NCBI GenBank assembly: GCA_001791715.1
Contig: MGFD01000030.1
Location: 9,246-41,609, forward strand
Direction: 5' to 3'
Length of the DNA stretch: 32,364 bases
Source: Candidatus Uhrbacteria bacterium RIFOXYB2_FULL_45_11
Lineage (GTDB): Bacteria; Patescibacteriota; Patescibacteriia; UBA9934; GWF2-40-263
The notes beneath the pieces were generated by a model. The model did not search any database. It had not been told where the DNA came from and was given only the letters and a program-made list of their open reading frames with translations. A program made the translations under genes and the position numbers. Positions 8,358-17,110 of this stretch are shown piece by piece. Each line of letters starts with the position of its first letter. Within the stretch, counting starts at the first letter, position 1.

Positions 8358-8615
8358 ATGAAAAAATATTGGTTCAAAGCAAAAACCTATGGCTGGGGTT
8401 GGTATCCTGTAACGTGGCAGGGGTGGCTTGTTATTGTCGGTTTTCTTATTTTGGATGTTGGGAATGTGTATCGGTTAGATTTGGCGCAGGGAACGACGAA
8501 CGAAAAAATCGCCCTTGAATTTGTTTTGGAGACTTTTTTGCTTATTAGTGCCCTTGTCTGGATTTGTTACAAGACCGGAGAAAAACCTGGTTGGAGATGG
8601 GGAAATAAAAAATAA
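8358..8615 (+). CDS. Small Trp-rich two-TM hypothetical membrane protein
   Basis: KYWFKAKTYGWGWYPVTWQGW..GEKPGWRWG; two hydrophobic segments. Confidence 0.8.
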   Translation: MKKYWFKAKTYGWGWYPVTWQGWLVIVGFLILDVGNVYRLDLAQGTTNEKIALEFVLETFLLISALVWICYKTGEKPGWRWGNKK

Positions 8616-8625
8616 ATGATATCGT

Positions 8626-9423
8626 ATGGATTTTCTTCCTGTTTTGAAAGCGATCATTCTCGGAATTGTGGAAGGGGTGACGGAGTTTCTCCCAATCTCA
8701 TCCACAGGGCATTTGATTCTTGTAAATCAATGGGTTTCGTTTGATCCGGCGTTTACCAAACTATTCGATGTTATTATTCAGCTCGGAGCGATTCTTGCAG
8801 TCGTTGTGTATTTTCGAAACGAGATTTGTCCGTGCACGGCACCTAAGGAAAAACGTCCAGAGATTTTTGCCCTTTGGAAAAAGTTACTTATCGGTGTACT
8901 TCCTGCGATTGTGCTTGGCGCATTGTTTGCAAGTAAAATTGAAGAGAAGCTTTTTAATCCGCTCACTGTTTCTATTGCGCTTGTCATTGGGGGTGTTGCG
9001 CTTGTTATGATTGAGAAGCGTAAACACAAAGAAGTATTTACATCGATCAAACAATTGGGTGTTAAAACTGTTTTGCTCATTGGACTCTTTCAATGTCTCG
9101 CCATGATTCCGGGAACGTCTCGATCCGCTGCAACGATTATTGGCGCGCTGCTTCTTGGTGCATCTCGTGTTGTTGCGGTTGAATTTTCATTTTTTCTTGC
9201 GATCCCAACGATGATCGCTGCTTCCGGATATACGCTCATCAAACATTGGCAAAATCTTTCGAGCATGGATTTTGCTCTTCTTGCCGTTGGATTCCTCACC
9301 GCATTTTTTGTTGCGTATCTTGTCATTTCGCAATTCATGCAATTTATCCGAAAACACTCACTCGCTGTGTTCGGTCATTATCGTATTATTTTAGGAATTT
9401 TAATTTTGTTGTTTTTGAATTAA
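8626..9423 (+). CDS. uppP: Undecaprenyl-diphosphate phosphatase
   Basis: GIVEGVTEFLPISSTGHL and PGTSRSAATI signatures. Confidence 0.97.
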   Translation: MDFLPVLKAIILGIVEGVTEFLPISSTGHLILVNQWVSFDPAFTKLFDVIIQLGAILAVVVYFRNEICPCTAPKEKRPEIFALWKKLLIGVLPAIVLGALFASKIEEKLFNPLTVSIALVIGGVALVMIEKRKHKEVFTSIKQLGVKTVLLIGLFQCLAMIPGTSRSAATIIGALLLGASRVVAVEFSFFLAIPTMIAASGYTLIKHWQNLSSMDFALLAVGFLTAFFVAYLVISQFMQFIRKHSLAVFGHYRIILGILILLFLN

Positions 9424-9429
9424 TTTTTG

Positions 9430-9505
9430 TGTCATTCCGACCGACCAAAGGGAGCGGAGGAATCTCGCGTGTACGAGAGATCCCTCGGCTGCGCTCGGGA
9501 TGACA
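9430..9505. repeat. REP-like composite palindrome, copy 1 (TGTCATTCCGA..TCGGGATGACA)
   Basis: Terminal inverted repeat plus internal ATCTC..GAGAT stem; second copy at 27163-27271. Confidence 0.85.
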
Positions 9506-9514
9506 AAGTAACGT

Positions 9515-10123
9515 ATGAATCGTCGCCTTGTTCCTTGGGCTTTATCTCTTGTTTTGGTGACGTTTTTTTGTTTGCTATTGTTGTTTGTTGTGCAAAGGAT
9601 GTATCGACAATCGGCAAATCATCCGCAGATTCAGATTGCGGAAGATGCGTCGGTGGCGTTCGAGCAAAATCAATTCACAAACGAAACACTCAAATCCAGC
9701 TTTGAATCGTTTGTCCCAAGCATTGGACAAGTCGATCTCGGTACAAGTTTGTCTCCGTGGATTCAGATTTATGACGCGTCTCATGAAGTGATCGAATCCT
9801 CCGTGTCGATTCAAGAAGCACAAACAACCCCGCGCGTTTCATCAGAACTGTTCGAAGGGCTTGCCAAGCATGATCAAATTCGTCTGACATGGCAACCACG
9901 AAAGGGGATTCGCCAAGCGATCGTCATCACAAAATTTTCCGGACTCAGAAGCGGATACATTGTTGTTGGTCGATCCCTTCGCGAGGTGGAAGATCAAATG
10001 AAAATTTTGACGGTGATTATTTCGGCAGCGTGGTTTGTGATGATGTCTATGATTGTGTGTACGGCTGCATGGACGTTTGGATGTTTTACAAAGTTTACGA
10101 AAGTAAACAAACTTCGTACGTGA
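9515..10123 (+). CDS. Hypothetical membrane protein with two TMs flanking an extracytoplasmic domain
   Basis: RQSANHPQIQIAED..TWQP..GYIVVGRSLREVE between two hydrophobic helices. Confidence 0.8.
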   Translation: MNRRLVPWALSLVLVTFFCLLLLFVVQRMYRQSANHPQIQIAEDASVAFEQNQFTNETLKSSFESFVPSIGQVDLGTSLSPWIQIYDASHEVIESSVSIQEAQTTPRVSSELFEGLAKHDQIRLTWQPRKGIRQAIVITKFSGLRSGYIVVGRSLREVEDQMKILTVIISAAWFVMMSMIVCTAAWTFGCFTKFTKVNKLRT

Positions 10124-10156
10124 TCTTTCGTTTTATTTTTGGTATACTGTGCACAT

Positions 10157-10678
10157 ATGCAAGAAGAGGAAACACAATCCGGTGTTTTTGAATATCACCC
10201 AGATGAGTTTGGGGATATTTTGGTGAATTGGGAGGTAGATGAATATCCACAACATGAACGTTCTCGCATGTGGTATATCCTTGCAGGCGTCGCTGGAGTT
10301 GGATTGATTATCTACGCCGTTTTTACGTCCAACTTTTTGTTTGCGATCATTATTCTCATGATCGCTGTCATCATGTTGCTTTCCATGTTCACGAAGCCAG
10401 AAAAGATCCCGGTGATTATCACAACAACGGGAATTATCGTCGGAGATATCTATTACGATTATCAGTCCATCAGAGATTTTTCTATTGTGTATGATCCGCC
10501 GGAAGTAAAATTGTTGTATCTGGATTTCTTTGCATTTTCGCACCCACTTTTGTCTGTTTCTCTTGAAGATGTGGACCCAAATATCGTCAGAGAAAACTTG
10601 TTGCCATTTTGTTTAGAGAATCTCAAGAGAAATCAAGAAGACTTGACGGATGTCATGCGAAGGCTGTATAAACTGTGA
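10157..10678 (+). CDS. Hypothetical membrane protein (two TMs plus a possible PH-like domain)
   Basis: WEVDEY..HERSRMWY, a TM pair, ITTTGIIVGDIYYDY; TGGTATACT extended -10 at 10140-10148. Confidence 0.8.
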   Translation: MQEEETQSGVFEYHPDEFGDILVNWEVDEYPQHERSRMWYILAGVAGVGLIIYAVFTSNFLFAIIILMIAVIMLLSMFTKPEKIPVIITTTGIIVGDIYYDYQSIRDFSIVYDPPEVKLLYLDFFAFSHPLLSVSLEDVDPNIVRENLLPFCLENLKRNQEDLTDVMRRLYKL

Positions 10679-10687
10679 GTCTATTCT

Positions 10688-10764
10688 GCGCTCGTAGCTC
10701 AGCTGGATAGAGCATCAGCTTGCGGAGCTGAGGGTCGTAGGTTCAAATCCTGCCGGGCGCACCA
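10688..10764 (+). tRNA. tRNA-Arg(GCG)
   Basis: GCGCTCG/CGGGCGC acceptor stem, TCAGC-TT-GCG-GA-GCTGA anticodon arm, GTTCAAATC, CCA. Confidence 0.96.
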
Positions 10765-10772
10765 TAACAATT

Positions 10773-11102
10773 ATGGCTTGGGTATATATATTAAAAAGCG
10801 ATCTTGATGGTCGTTTTTATGTTGGAAGTACGACGGATATTGAGCGTAGAATTATTCAGCATGAACGAAATCAAACACCATCAACATATCGAATGCAGGC
10901 GCATAAACTGGTTTTCTCTCAAGAATATTCAACGCTTCGTGAAGCTCGAGAAATTGAGAGGCGACTTAAAAAACTGAAACGAAAAGATTATTTACAAAAG
11001 ATTATAAATGAGGGTTTGATTCGAATGCGACCTGGCGAGAGCCCCGACGCGCCGAATGATAAACTGTCGGCGGTCGGGGTCCCGACAATCGACAGTATTT
11101 AA
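10773..11102 (+). CDS. Small solo GIY-YIG nuclease
   Basis: WVYILKS..FYVGSTTDIERRIIQH..AREIERRLKKLK; starts 8 nt after the tRNA CCA. Confidence 0.92.
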   Translation: MAWVYILKSDLDGRFYVGSTTDIERRIIQHERNQTPSTYRMQAHKLVFSQEYSTLREAREIERRLKKLKRKDYLQKIINEGLIRMRPGESPDAPNDKLSAVGVPTIDSI

Positions 11103-11157
11103 CGTGTCGATTCGTCGGGACTGAGGGTCGTAGGTTCAAATCCTGCTGGGCGCACCA
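11032..11157 (+). pseudogene. Partial tRNA-Arg copy with most of the anticodon arm replaced by two hairpins
   Basis: CTGGCGAGAGC (9/11 to the tRNA D-arm CTGGATAGAGC), hairpins CCCCGAC..GTCGGGG and TCCCGAC..GTCGGGA, then the tRNA 3' 37 nt including CCA. Confidence 0.6.
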
Positions 11158-11158
11158 C

Positions 11159-11189
11159 AAAAAACTTGATCTTCACGATCGAGTTTTTT
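11159..11189 (+). terminator. Intrinsic terminator
   Basis: AAAAAACTTGATC-ttcac-GATCGAGTTTTTT. Confidence 0.75.
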
Positions 11190-11223
11190 GTTTTGCCCTC
11201 CCTCTGTTACCATGTCTTCATCT

Positions 11224-13371
11224 ATGTCTCTTCGACTCACAACGCCTGTTTCTGGACTTCCGGGAATAGGGGATAAAGCTGCGACCGATCTTGCCTCGAT
11301 TCATGTGAAAACCGTTCGGGATCTTTTGTGGTATGTGCCGTTTCGTTACGATGACTTTTCGAAGCGTGTACCGATTGCGAAGGCTCCAATCGATACTCCT
11401 GTGACGATTGATGCACGCATTAAGTCGATTGGGCTTCGTCCTTCAAGATCAAGTCGTGTGAAGATTGTGGATGCGGTGATTGAAGATGAGACGGGAGAGT
11501 TGAAAGTGATATGGTTCAATCAACTGTATTTGTTAAAGACGATGCTGGTTGGATCGAAACATTCCTTTGCAGGTTTGATCGACCATCGATTTGGAAAAAC
11601 GTTTTCGAATCCGATCCATGAACCTGTTGGACAGAATGTGAATACTGGTCGCATTGTTCCGGTGTATGGATTGACGGGCGGAATCACGATGCGCAAACTG
11701 CGTGACGCGATCAAACGCTCGCTTACGATTGTCGACACACTTCCAGATTGGTTGCCGAGCGAGATTGTCGCATCAAAAGAATTGCCAGCATTGTCAGCGG
11801 CACTTTCGAGCGTACACTTTCCAGAATCACACGAAGCCTTGCAGCGCGGAATAGATCGTCTCAAGTTCGACGAATTATTTTTGCATCAGATGTTGTTCGA
11901 AGAAGTACGCCGCGATCGCAAGACCAAGAATGCGACCGCGATCCCAATCGATGAGGCATCGATTAAAACGTTTGTTGCAACACTTCCGTTTACGCTTACG
12001 CGCGCGCAAAAAGTGGCGGCCTGGGAAATTGTTCAAGATCTCGCGAAGGATGTTCCGATGAATCGTTTGCTCGAGGGTGATGTTGGATCTGGAAAAACGG
12101 TCGTCGCCGCGATCGCCGCACACGCTGCGATGGAACCCCCTCTCCCTTTGGGGGAGAGGGATGGGGAGAGGGGTGTTTCGGTTGTGTACCTTGCGCCAAC
12201 GGAAATTCTCGCAACACAACAACACAAAGCGTTTTGTAAAATGATGCCTTCTCGAAACATTGCACTCCTCACACATAATCAAATTTTTTATAATGCGGAG
12301 AAAGTTAAACGCGCAGAGTTGATCGAGAAAATCTCGAGCGGCGCGGTCGACTGTTTGATCGGAACACATGCGGTTTTACAAGAGGGAATTGATGTTTCAA
12401 ATGCGTCGCTTGTGATTATCGACGAGCAACACAGATTCGGTGTTGCGCAACGTCATGCGCTTTTGCATCGTAACCCCTCTCCCCAACCCTCCCCCTCGCA
12501 GGGGAGGGAGTACGCGCCGCATTTACTTTCGATGACCGCAACGCCAATCCCTCGCTCGCTTGCGCTCACGATTTACGGTGACCTCGAACTTTCCATTCTC
12601 GACGAGCTTCCAAAAGGCCGCAAGCCCATCGGAACCGCAATGGTGCCGGTCGAGCAACGCGTTGGTATGTGGAAACATGTTCGGTCCGAGATTGAAAGCG
12701 GAAGACAAGCATTCGTGATTTGTCCGCTCATCGATCCATCCGATTCGCTTGGAAGCAAATCTGTGACAGAAGTTGAGAAAATGCTCACAGCCCTCTCTCC
12801 TCATCGAGGAGAGAGCGGGGAGAGAGGTGTTCTGAACGGTTTACGTGTCACAACGCTTCATGGAAAGTTGAAGTCGGACGAGAAACAAAAACGCAATGAG
12901 GATTTTCGTGACGGAAAGATCGACGTGCTTGTTTCCACAACTGTGGTCGAAGTCGGTGTCGACGTGCCGAATGCGACCGTCATGGTCATCATGAGCGCCG
13001 AGCGATTCGGCCTTGCACAGCTTCACCAGCTGCGAGGACGTGTCGGACGATCTGATCTGCAATCGTATTGCTACTTGTTGCCCGACGATTTGAATCCACA
13101 TTCGAACAATCGTTTGCAAGCCGTGGTCGAGTCGCAGAACGGATTTGAGCTTGCCGAGCGCGATCTTGAATTGCGCGGCGCCGGAAACGTCTTTGGGAAC
13201 GCCCAGTCCGGATTCCCAGACTTCCAGTTCGCAACGTCTGCGGACGTTCCGCTCATGAAACAAGCGCGCGATTGGTCGCAAAAACTTCTTCTCGAAAAAG
13301 ATTTCTTTGAGAAACATCCACTCGTGCGTGCGCGGATCGAAGAAGCACTCGAACAGATTCATTTGGAATAA
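11224..13371 (+). CDS. recG: ATP-dependent DNA helicase RecG (start 11224 or 11212)
   Basis: RLLEGDVGSGKT, DEQHRFGV, MTATPIPRSL, AERFGLAQLHQLRGRVGR and GFELAERDLELRG motifs. Confidence 0.97.
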   Translation: MSLRLTTPVSGLPGIGDKAATDLASIHVKTVRDLLWYVPFRYDDFSKRVPIAKAPIDTPVTIDARIKSIGLRPSRSSRVKIVDAVIEDETGELKVIWFNQLYLLKTMLVGSKHSFAGLIDHRFGKTFSNPIHEPVGQNVNTGRIVPVYGLTGGITMRKLRDAIKRSLTIVDTLPDWLPSEIVASKELPALSAALSSVHFPESHEALQRGIDRLKFDELFLHQMLFEEVRRDRKTKNATAIPIDEASIKTFVATLPFTLTRAQKVAAWEIVQDLAKDVPMNRLLEGDVGSGKTVVAAIAAHAAMEPPLPLGERDGERGVSVVYLAPTEILATQQHKAFCKMMPSRNIALLTHNQIFYNAEKVKRAELIEKISSGAVDCLIGTHAVLQEGIDVSNASLVIIDEQHRFGVAQRHALLHRNPSPQPSPSQGREYAPHLLSMTATPIPRSLALTIYGDLELSILDELPKGRKPIGTAMVPVEQRVGMWKHVRSEIESGRQAFVICPLIDPSDSLGSKSVTEVEKMLTALSPHRGESGERGVLNGLRVTTLHGKLKSDEKQKRNEDFRDGKIDVLVSTTVVEVGVDVPNATVMVIMSAERFGLAQLHQLRGRVGRSDLQSYCYLLPDDLNPHSNNRLQAVVESQNGFELAERDLELRGAGNVFGNAQSGFPDFQFATSADVPLMKQARDWSQKLLLEKDFFEKHPLVRARIEEALEQIHLE
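12136..12173 (+). repeat. In-frame palindromic element in recG, copy 1
   Basis: CCCCCTCTCCC-TTTG-GGGGAGAGGG-ATGGGGAGAGGGG, encoding PPLPLGERDGERG. Confidence 0.85.
12474..12510 (-). repeat. In-frame palindromic element in recG, copy 2 (inverted)
   Basis: Reverse complement CTCCCTCCCC-TGCGA-GGGGGAGGG-TTGGGGAGAGGGG; encodes PSPQPSPSQGRE. Confidence 0.85.
12791..12827 (+). repeat. In-frame palindromic element in recG, copy 3
   Basis: CCCTCTCTCCTC-ATC-GAGGAGAGAG-CGGGGAGAGAGG, encoding LSPHRGESGERG. Confidence 0.8.
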
Positions 13372-13375
13372 ACAT

Positions 13376-13410
13376 AAAACCACCCTTCGACAAGCTCAGG
13401 GTGGTTTTTT
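13376..13410. terminator. Bidirectional terminator with REP-like CTTCGACAAGCTCAG core
   Basis: AAAACCACCCT-tcgacaagctc-AGGGTGGTTTTTT between convergent genes. Confidence 0.8.
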
Positions 13411-13414
13411 GTGG

Positions 13415-14275
13415 TCATTCAACCGAGGTTGTGATCAGATTAGCCAGTTGTTTTCTGAGTTGTTCAAAGGATGTTGCGGTAAGAAAAACGGAAACAAGGG
13501 TCTCTGTTGGTTCGAATGCGATCTCTTTGAGTGTGAGAAGTTGTTTGCGAACATCGCGCCATGTTTCAACAGCTTTTTGTAAATCGGGATTCTTCGTTGA
13601 TTTCAGACCGTCTATGCTCATGTGCATCGGAATCAAATGCGCTGTTTTTGTTTCGATTTTTCCTTCATTTGCATAGGCGGCGAGTTCATCCATGACGTCG
13701 TGAAAAAATTGTGCTGTTTCAAGATCTGTATATTCAAACGCATCGCGATTTGATTCTGGGGAAGGAAGATACGTTTGATTCAGGAAATGCACATACTCAT
13801 GCAACACCGTTTTTTCCATGGATTCTGCTGGTTGTGAATATGTGATGATAATGCGGTTGAATAATCGCACATCTTTGTGTTTGGGTCGAAAATGATACAG
13901 ACCTGTGATTGTTTCATCTTGTTTGAATCCAAATGTTTGATCAAAGGTCGATTTTGAATCCAATTCAACGATTATACATCCATGAAACACGGTTCGTTTT
14001 GCAATGGTTGTTTCTGGTGATGGAATATTTAAATATTCAAGACCAAACTGTTGGATAAATTCCGACGCAGTTGTGCGTCCAGATTGTTTCAAAAGATGTT
14101 CGTGGTCGATTTGTATTTCTTTTGAAAGGGGCTGTTGTGTCTTTTTGTCACGATGTGTTGTTTGTGAAATTTGATCAATCATCAAGATGATGTGCGCATC
14201 AAGATGATGAAATGGATTTGATTCTTTCGGTTCTTGTTTTACATCCAAGATGTTTGCTCGAGATTCTGTAAACAT
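13415..14275 (-). CDS. Hypothetical protein with HExxH motif
   Basis: 286-aa ORF starting 1 nt after the radA stop; VLHEYVH and downstream DELAAY. Confidence 0.72.
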   Translation of the reverse strand: MFTESRANILDVKQEPKESNPFHHLDAHIILMIDQISQTTHRDKKTQQPLSKEIQIDHEHLLKQSGRTTASEFIQQFGLEYLNIPSPETTIAKRTVFHGCIIVELDSKSTFDQTFGFKQDETITGLYHFRPKHKDVRLFNRIIITYSQPAESMEKTVLHEYVHFLNQTYLPSPESNRDAFEYTDLETAQFFHDVMDELAAYANEGKIETKTAHLIPMHMSIDGLKSTKNPDLQKAVETWRDVRKQLLTLKEIAFEPTETLVSVFLTATSFEQLRKQLANLITTSVE

Positions 14276-14276
14276 A

Positions 14277-15569
14277 TCAATAAGAGGAAAGCTCTTTAAC
14301 GCTCTTCATGGTCTTTGGTGTCACGGATTTCTCAATCCCAACACGCTTTGCCTCCGTCACGCGTTTTTCAACCGCCATCACGTTTCGAATCTCGCCACCG
14401 AGTCCGACTTCGCCGATGTAGACGATCGGCTCACTATCGATGCGATTCTTTGCTGCGCTCATAATCGCCGCGCACACCGCGAGATCAGACGCAGGCTCTT
14501 TTAGTTGCATGCCTCCGACGACGTTCACATACACATCCGATTCGCCAAGATGTAATCCGGCACGCTTCGAGAGGATCGCAATTAACATCTGCAATCGATT
14601 TTGATCCATGCCGTTCGCTCTTCGAACCGGCGTTCCATAAAAGGATTTCTCGACGAGCGCTTGAACTTCTACAAGAAAAATTCTCGAACCTTCGCGCACG
14701 GTCGCAATGACAGACCCAGGAACACTCACGCGTTCCGCAAGAAATCTTGCACTCGGATTCTCGACGGCCTTTAGTCCCTCGCTTGTCATCTCAAATACAC
14801 CAATTTCATCCGTCGCACCAAAACGATTTTTTGTTGCTTCGAGAATACGCAATTCATGTGAAGGTTCACCTGTAAGCGAGAGAACAGTGTCGACAAGGTG
14901 TTCGAGTGTCTTTGGTCCTGCGACGGATCCATCTTTTGTCACTTGGCCGACGAGGAGAAGGGAAATGCCTGTGCGCTTTGCGAGTTCAAGGAGGCAGGAC
15001 GTTGCGTATCGTACGAGCGTGGGCGATCCACTTTGTGCTTCGACGGCGTTTGAAAACATTGTTTGTACAGAATCCACAATCGCGAGTGTGGGCTTTTCTT
15101 TTTCGAGGGTTGCAACCAGTTCTTCAACGGAAACCATCTCAAGAAACTTGATGCGCGAGAGATCTGCGTTTAATCGATCGAAGCGAGACTTGAGCTGCAT
15201 TGCGGATTCCTCACCCGAAACATACAAAACATCATGCTTCGTTGAAGCGATCTTTGCCGCCATGCCTGCAACGAGCGTGGACTTTCCGATTCCAGGCTCG
15301 CCCGAAAGCAATGTGAGCGACCCCGTTACGATCCCTCCACCAAGGACGCGATCAAGTTCATGTTCACCGATGGAGAGGCGTACATGTTCGTCTTGTGCTT
15401 TGATATCTTTAAGCGATGTTGTTTCTTTTGGTTTTGCTTTTGATCCGCTTGCGCGTGTGGCAGGGGAGGGGTGTTCCGTTTCTTCTTTGATCGTGCCCCA
15501 ATGATCGCACGTCAAACATTTACCAGACCATTTCAGTGATTGTGCATCGCAGTGGGTACAATGGAACAT
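14277..15569 (-). CDS. radA: DNA repair protein RadA/Sms
   Basis: CxxC..CxxC zinc finger, GEPGIGKST, KNRFG and GEVGLGGEIR motifs. Confidence 0.97.
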   Translation of the reverse strand: MFHCTHCDAQSLKWSGKCLTCDHWGTIKEETEHPSPATRASGSKAKPKETTSLKDIKAQDEHVRLSIGEHELDRVLGGGIVTGSLTLLSGEPGIGKSTLVAGMAAKIASTKHDVLYVSGEESAMQLKSRFDRLNADLSRIKFLEMVSVEELVATLEKEKPTLAIVDSVQTMFSNAVEAQSGSPTLVRYATSCLLELAKRTGISLLLVGQVTKDGSVAGPKTLEHLVDTVLSLTGEPSHELRILEATKNRFGATDEIGVFEMTSEGLKAVENPSARFLAERVSVPGSVIATVREGSRIFLVEVQALVEKSFYGTPVRRANGMDQNRLQMLIAILSKRAGLHLGESDVYVNVVGGMQLKEPASDLAVCAAIMSAAKNRIDSEPIVYIGEVGLGGEIRNVMAVEKRVTEAKRVGIEKSVTPKTMKSVKELSSY

Positions 15570-15592
15570 ACATTAAGGTTTTGGATTCAGTG

Positions 15593-17101
15593 CTAGTCAC
15601 CAATTGGTCTGCTTATTTGAACAACGATATCTTGTGCACCAAATTTTGTTGTACTCATGTGAACAAAATGGCGTCCGTCAGCACTTTCGATATTCGCAAC
15701 ACGATTTGTTTTATCCTGCCACCCAAGAAACATTGCGGAGTGAGCTGCACCCACAGATGGATTCCAGTTCACGATCACGTAATAATCACCTGGCTGCAAG
15801 TCGTCTACCCAAGACGGTGACCAGTTTTTTCCACCTGTTGCAGTTTGAAGTAATTGCGTTAGTCGTTGGGCGGCTTCTTGTTTTGTTTTGTAACACGGTT
15901 CTTTCCATTTTCCATTACCAAATGGTGCTGCTGGGCAAAAGATTCCTTTCGTAGCATCAGCAATTGTTAATCCATCAATTGTTTTTAAGCTGAGTGCGTT
16001 GTGTAATATTTTTCTTCCGTTACCGTATCCAAGTGAATTACATTCTTTTGTGACATCCTTGTTTATTAGACAGCGCTCAGCTTCAGGAGATGATCCGGGT
16101 TTTGATGCAAGAGCATATATAGCATGAGTCGCTGCTCCACAGTTTGCATATTGAATTTTACATAGTGAAGCGGCCTCTACAGCCTGAAGCACTCGCTCGA
16201 CTCTTGTGGATCCTGTCAGCAGACTTCTAATTTTTTCATGAAATTCAAGACGTCTAGGAAGATTGTGTGCGACATATTTGATCGGTTTTGTATTTTTTGG
16301 TGGATTGACGTACTCGTTATCATGTGTCAATTGGACTGGGCATTTACCGTCTTTAAAATACTTATAATCAAAAGGACCGGCTTCGTATTGATCTGGAGAC
16401 AAAGTCTCTGGACTAAAATTATATTCCACCTCCTGCACGTTTTGTAGCTCAATCATTTTTTGTAAGACTAACTGTGGATTTGTTGTTTTTAAAACAAGAA
16501 AGACACAGAGCAAAAGAACGAGTCCCGTCACTCCGTTTTTTATACGATCTTTACCTTTTTCAACTTGTGCCGAACTTGCTGCACCGATAGTATATTGTAA
16601 ACCGCCAACCATAATCATAACGATTGCAATGATCGTCGCCGTGCCAATAAGAAAAGCGTAAATTGCATTTAAATAGTCCGCAACAAAACTTGTTTTTATC
16701 GTTGTTGCTGTGATGATTGGATCAGAAAATTTTAGTCCCGGAATTTCTACGTTGAGTATTGGGGTAATGAGAGCTTTAGGGGCCGCCTTGGTTGGACTGG
16801 GTGCTGTGGATGTAGCTGTTTTGGTTGCAATAAACTTCTCGTGTGTTTGTCTACATTGTTGAAACACAATTTCTCCCTCAATATCTTCTGCAAATTTGGA
16901 AGAAGCAAAATTATCTGTAAGGTTTTTTTTGCATGCGGCGGTACAGGCAGCTTCCGTTTCGTCTTTTATGGAAAGAGGTGCTGCCTGACAATCGTTTTCG
17001 GTTGTTGTGCAAACACAGGTTCCGGCAAAGGCAACATGGATCGGCATGCATGTGCCGAGCATGAGAAAAAATGCGAAGAAGAGTTTCCAAAGAGATGTCA
17101 T
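15593..17101 (-). CDS. Secreted Cys-rich domain + VirB2/TrbC-like pilin + putative NlpC/P60-like C-terminal domain
   Basis: Signal peptide ending AFA; IAIVMIMVGGLQY..KGKDRIKNGVTGLVLLL..NPQL; C-terminal ANCGAA..LQPGD..AHSAMFLG. Confidence 0.75.
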   Translation of the reverse strand: MTSLWKLFFAFFLMLGTCMPIHVAFAGTCVCTTTENDCQAAPLSIKDETEAACTAACKKNLTDNFASSKFAEDIEGEIVFQQCRQTHEKFIATKTATSTAPSPTKAAPKALITPILNVEIPGLKFSDPIITATTIKTSFVADYLNAIYAFLIGTATIIAIVMIMVGGLQYTIGAASSAQVEKGKDRIKNGVTGLVLLLCVFLVLKTTNPQLVLQKMIELQNVQEVEYNFSPETLSPDQYEAGPFDYKYFKDGKCPVQLTHDNEYVNPPKNTKPIKYVAHNLPRRLEFHEKIRSLLTGSTRVERVLQAVEAASLCKIQYANCGAATHAIYALASKPGSSPEAERCLINKDVTKECNSLGYGNGRKILHNALSLKTIDGLTIADATKGIFCPAAPFGNGKWKEPCYKTKQEAAQRLTQLLQTATGGKNWSPSWVDDLQPGDYYVIVNWNPSVGAAHSAMFLGWQDKTNRVANIESADGRHFVHMSTTKFGAQDIVVQISRPIGD

Positions 17102-17110
17102 AGTGGGGTA

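Larger units (their letters stand above)
10728..11157 (+). mobile_element. Putative tRNA-anchored GIY-YIG mini-element bounded by 37-bp direct repeats of the tRNA-Arg 3' half
   Basis: 10728-10764 versus 11121-11157 match at 36/37; the only cargo is a GIY-YIG gene plus two hairpins. Confidence 0.6.

Noticed and set aside
11121..11157. Second functional or intron-split tRNA-Arg
   Set aside because: The acceptor 5' strand and anticodon loop are missing.
15455..15475. Fifth copy of the intragenic palindrome in radA (CAGGGGAGGGG)
   Set aside because: Only a tail-like purine run with no hairpin; could be chance.
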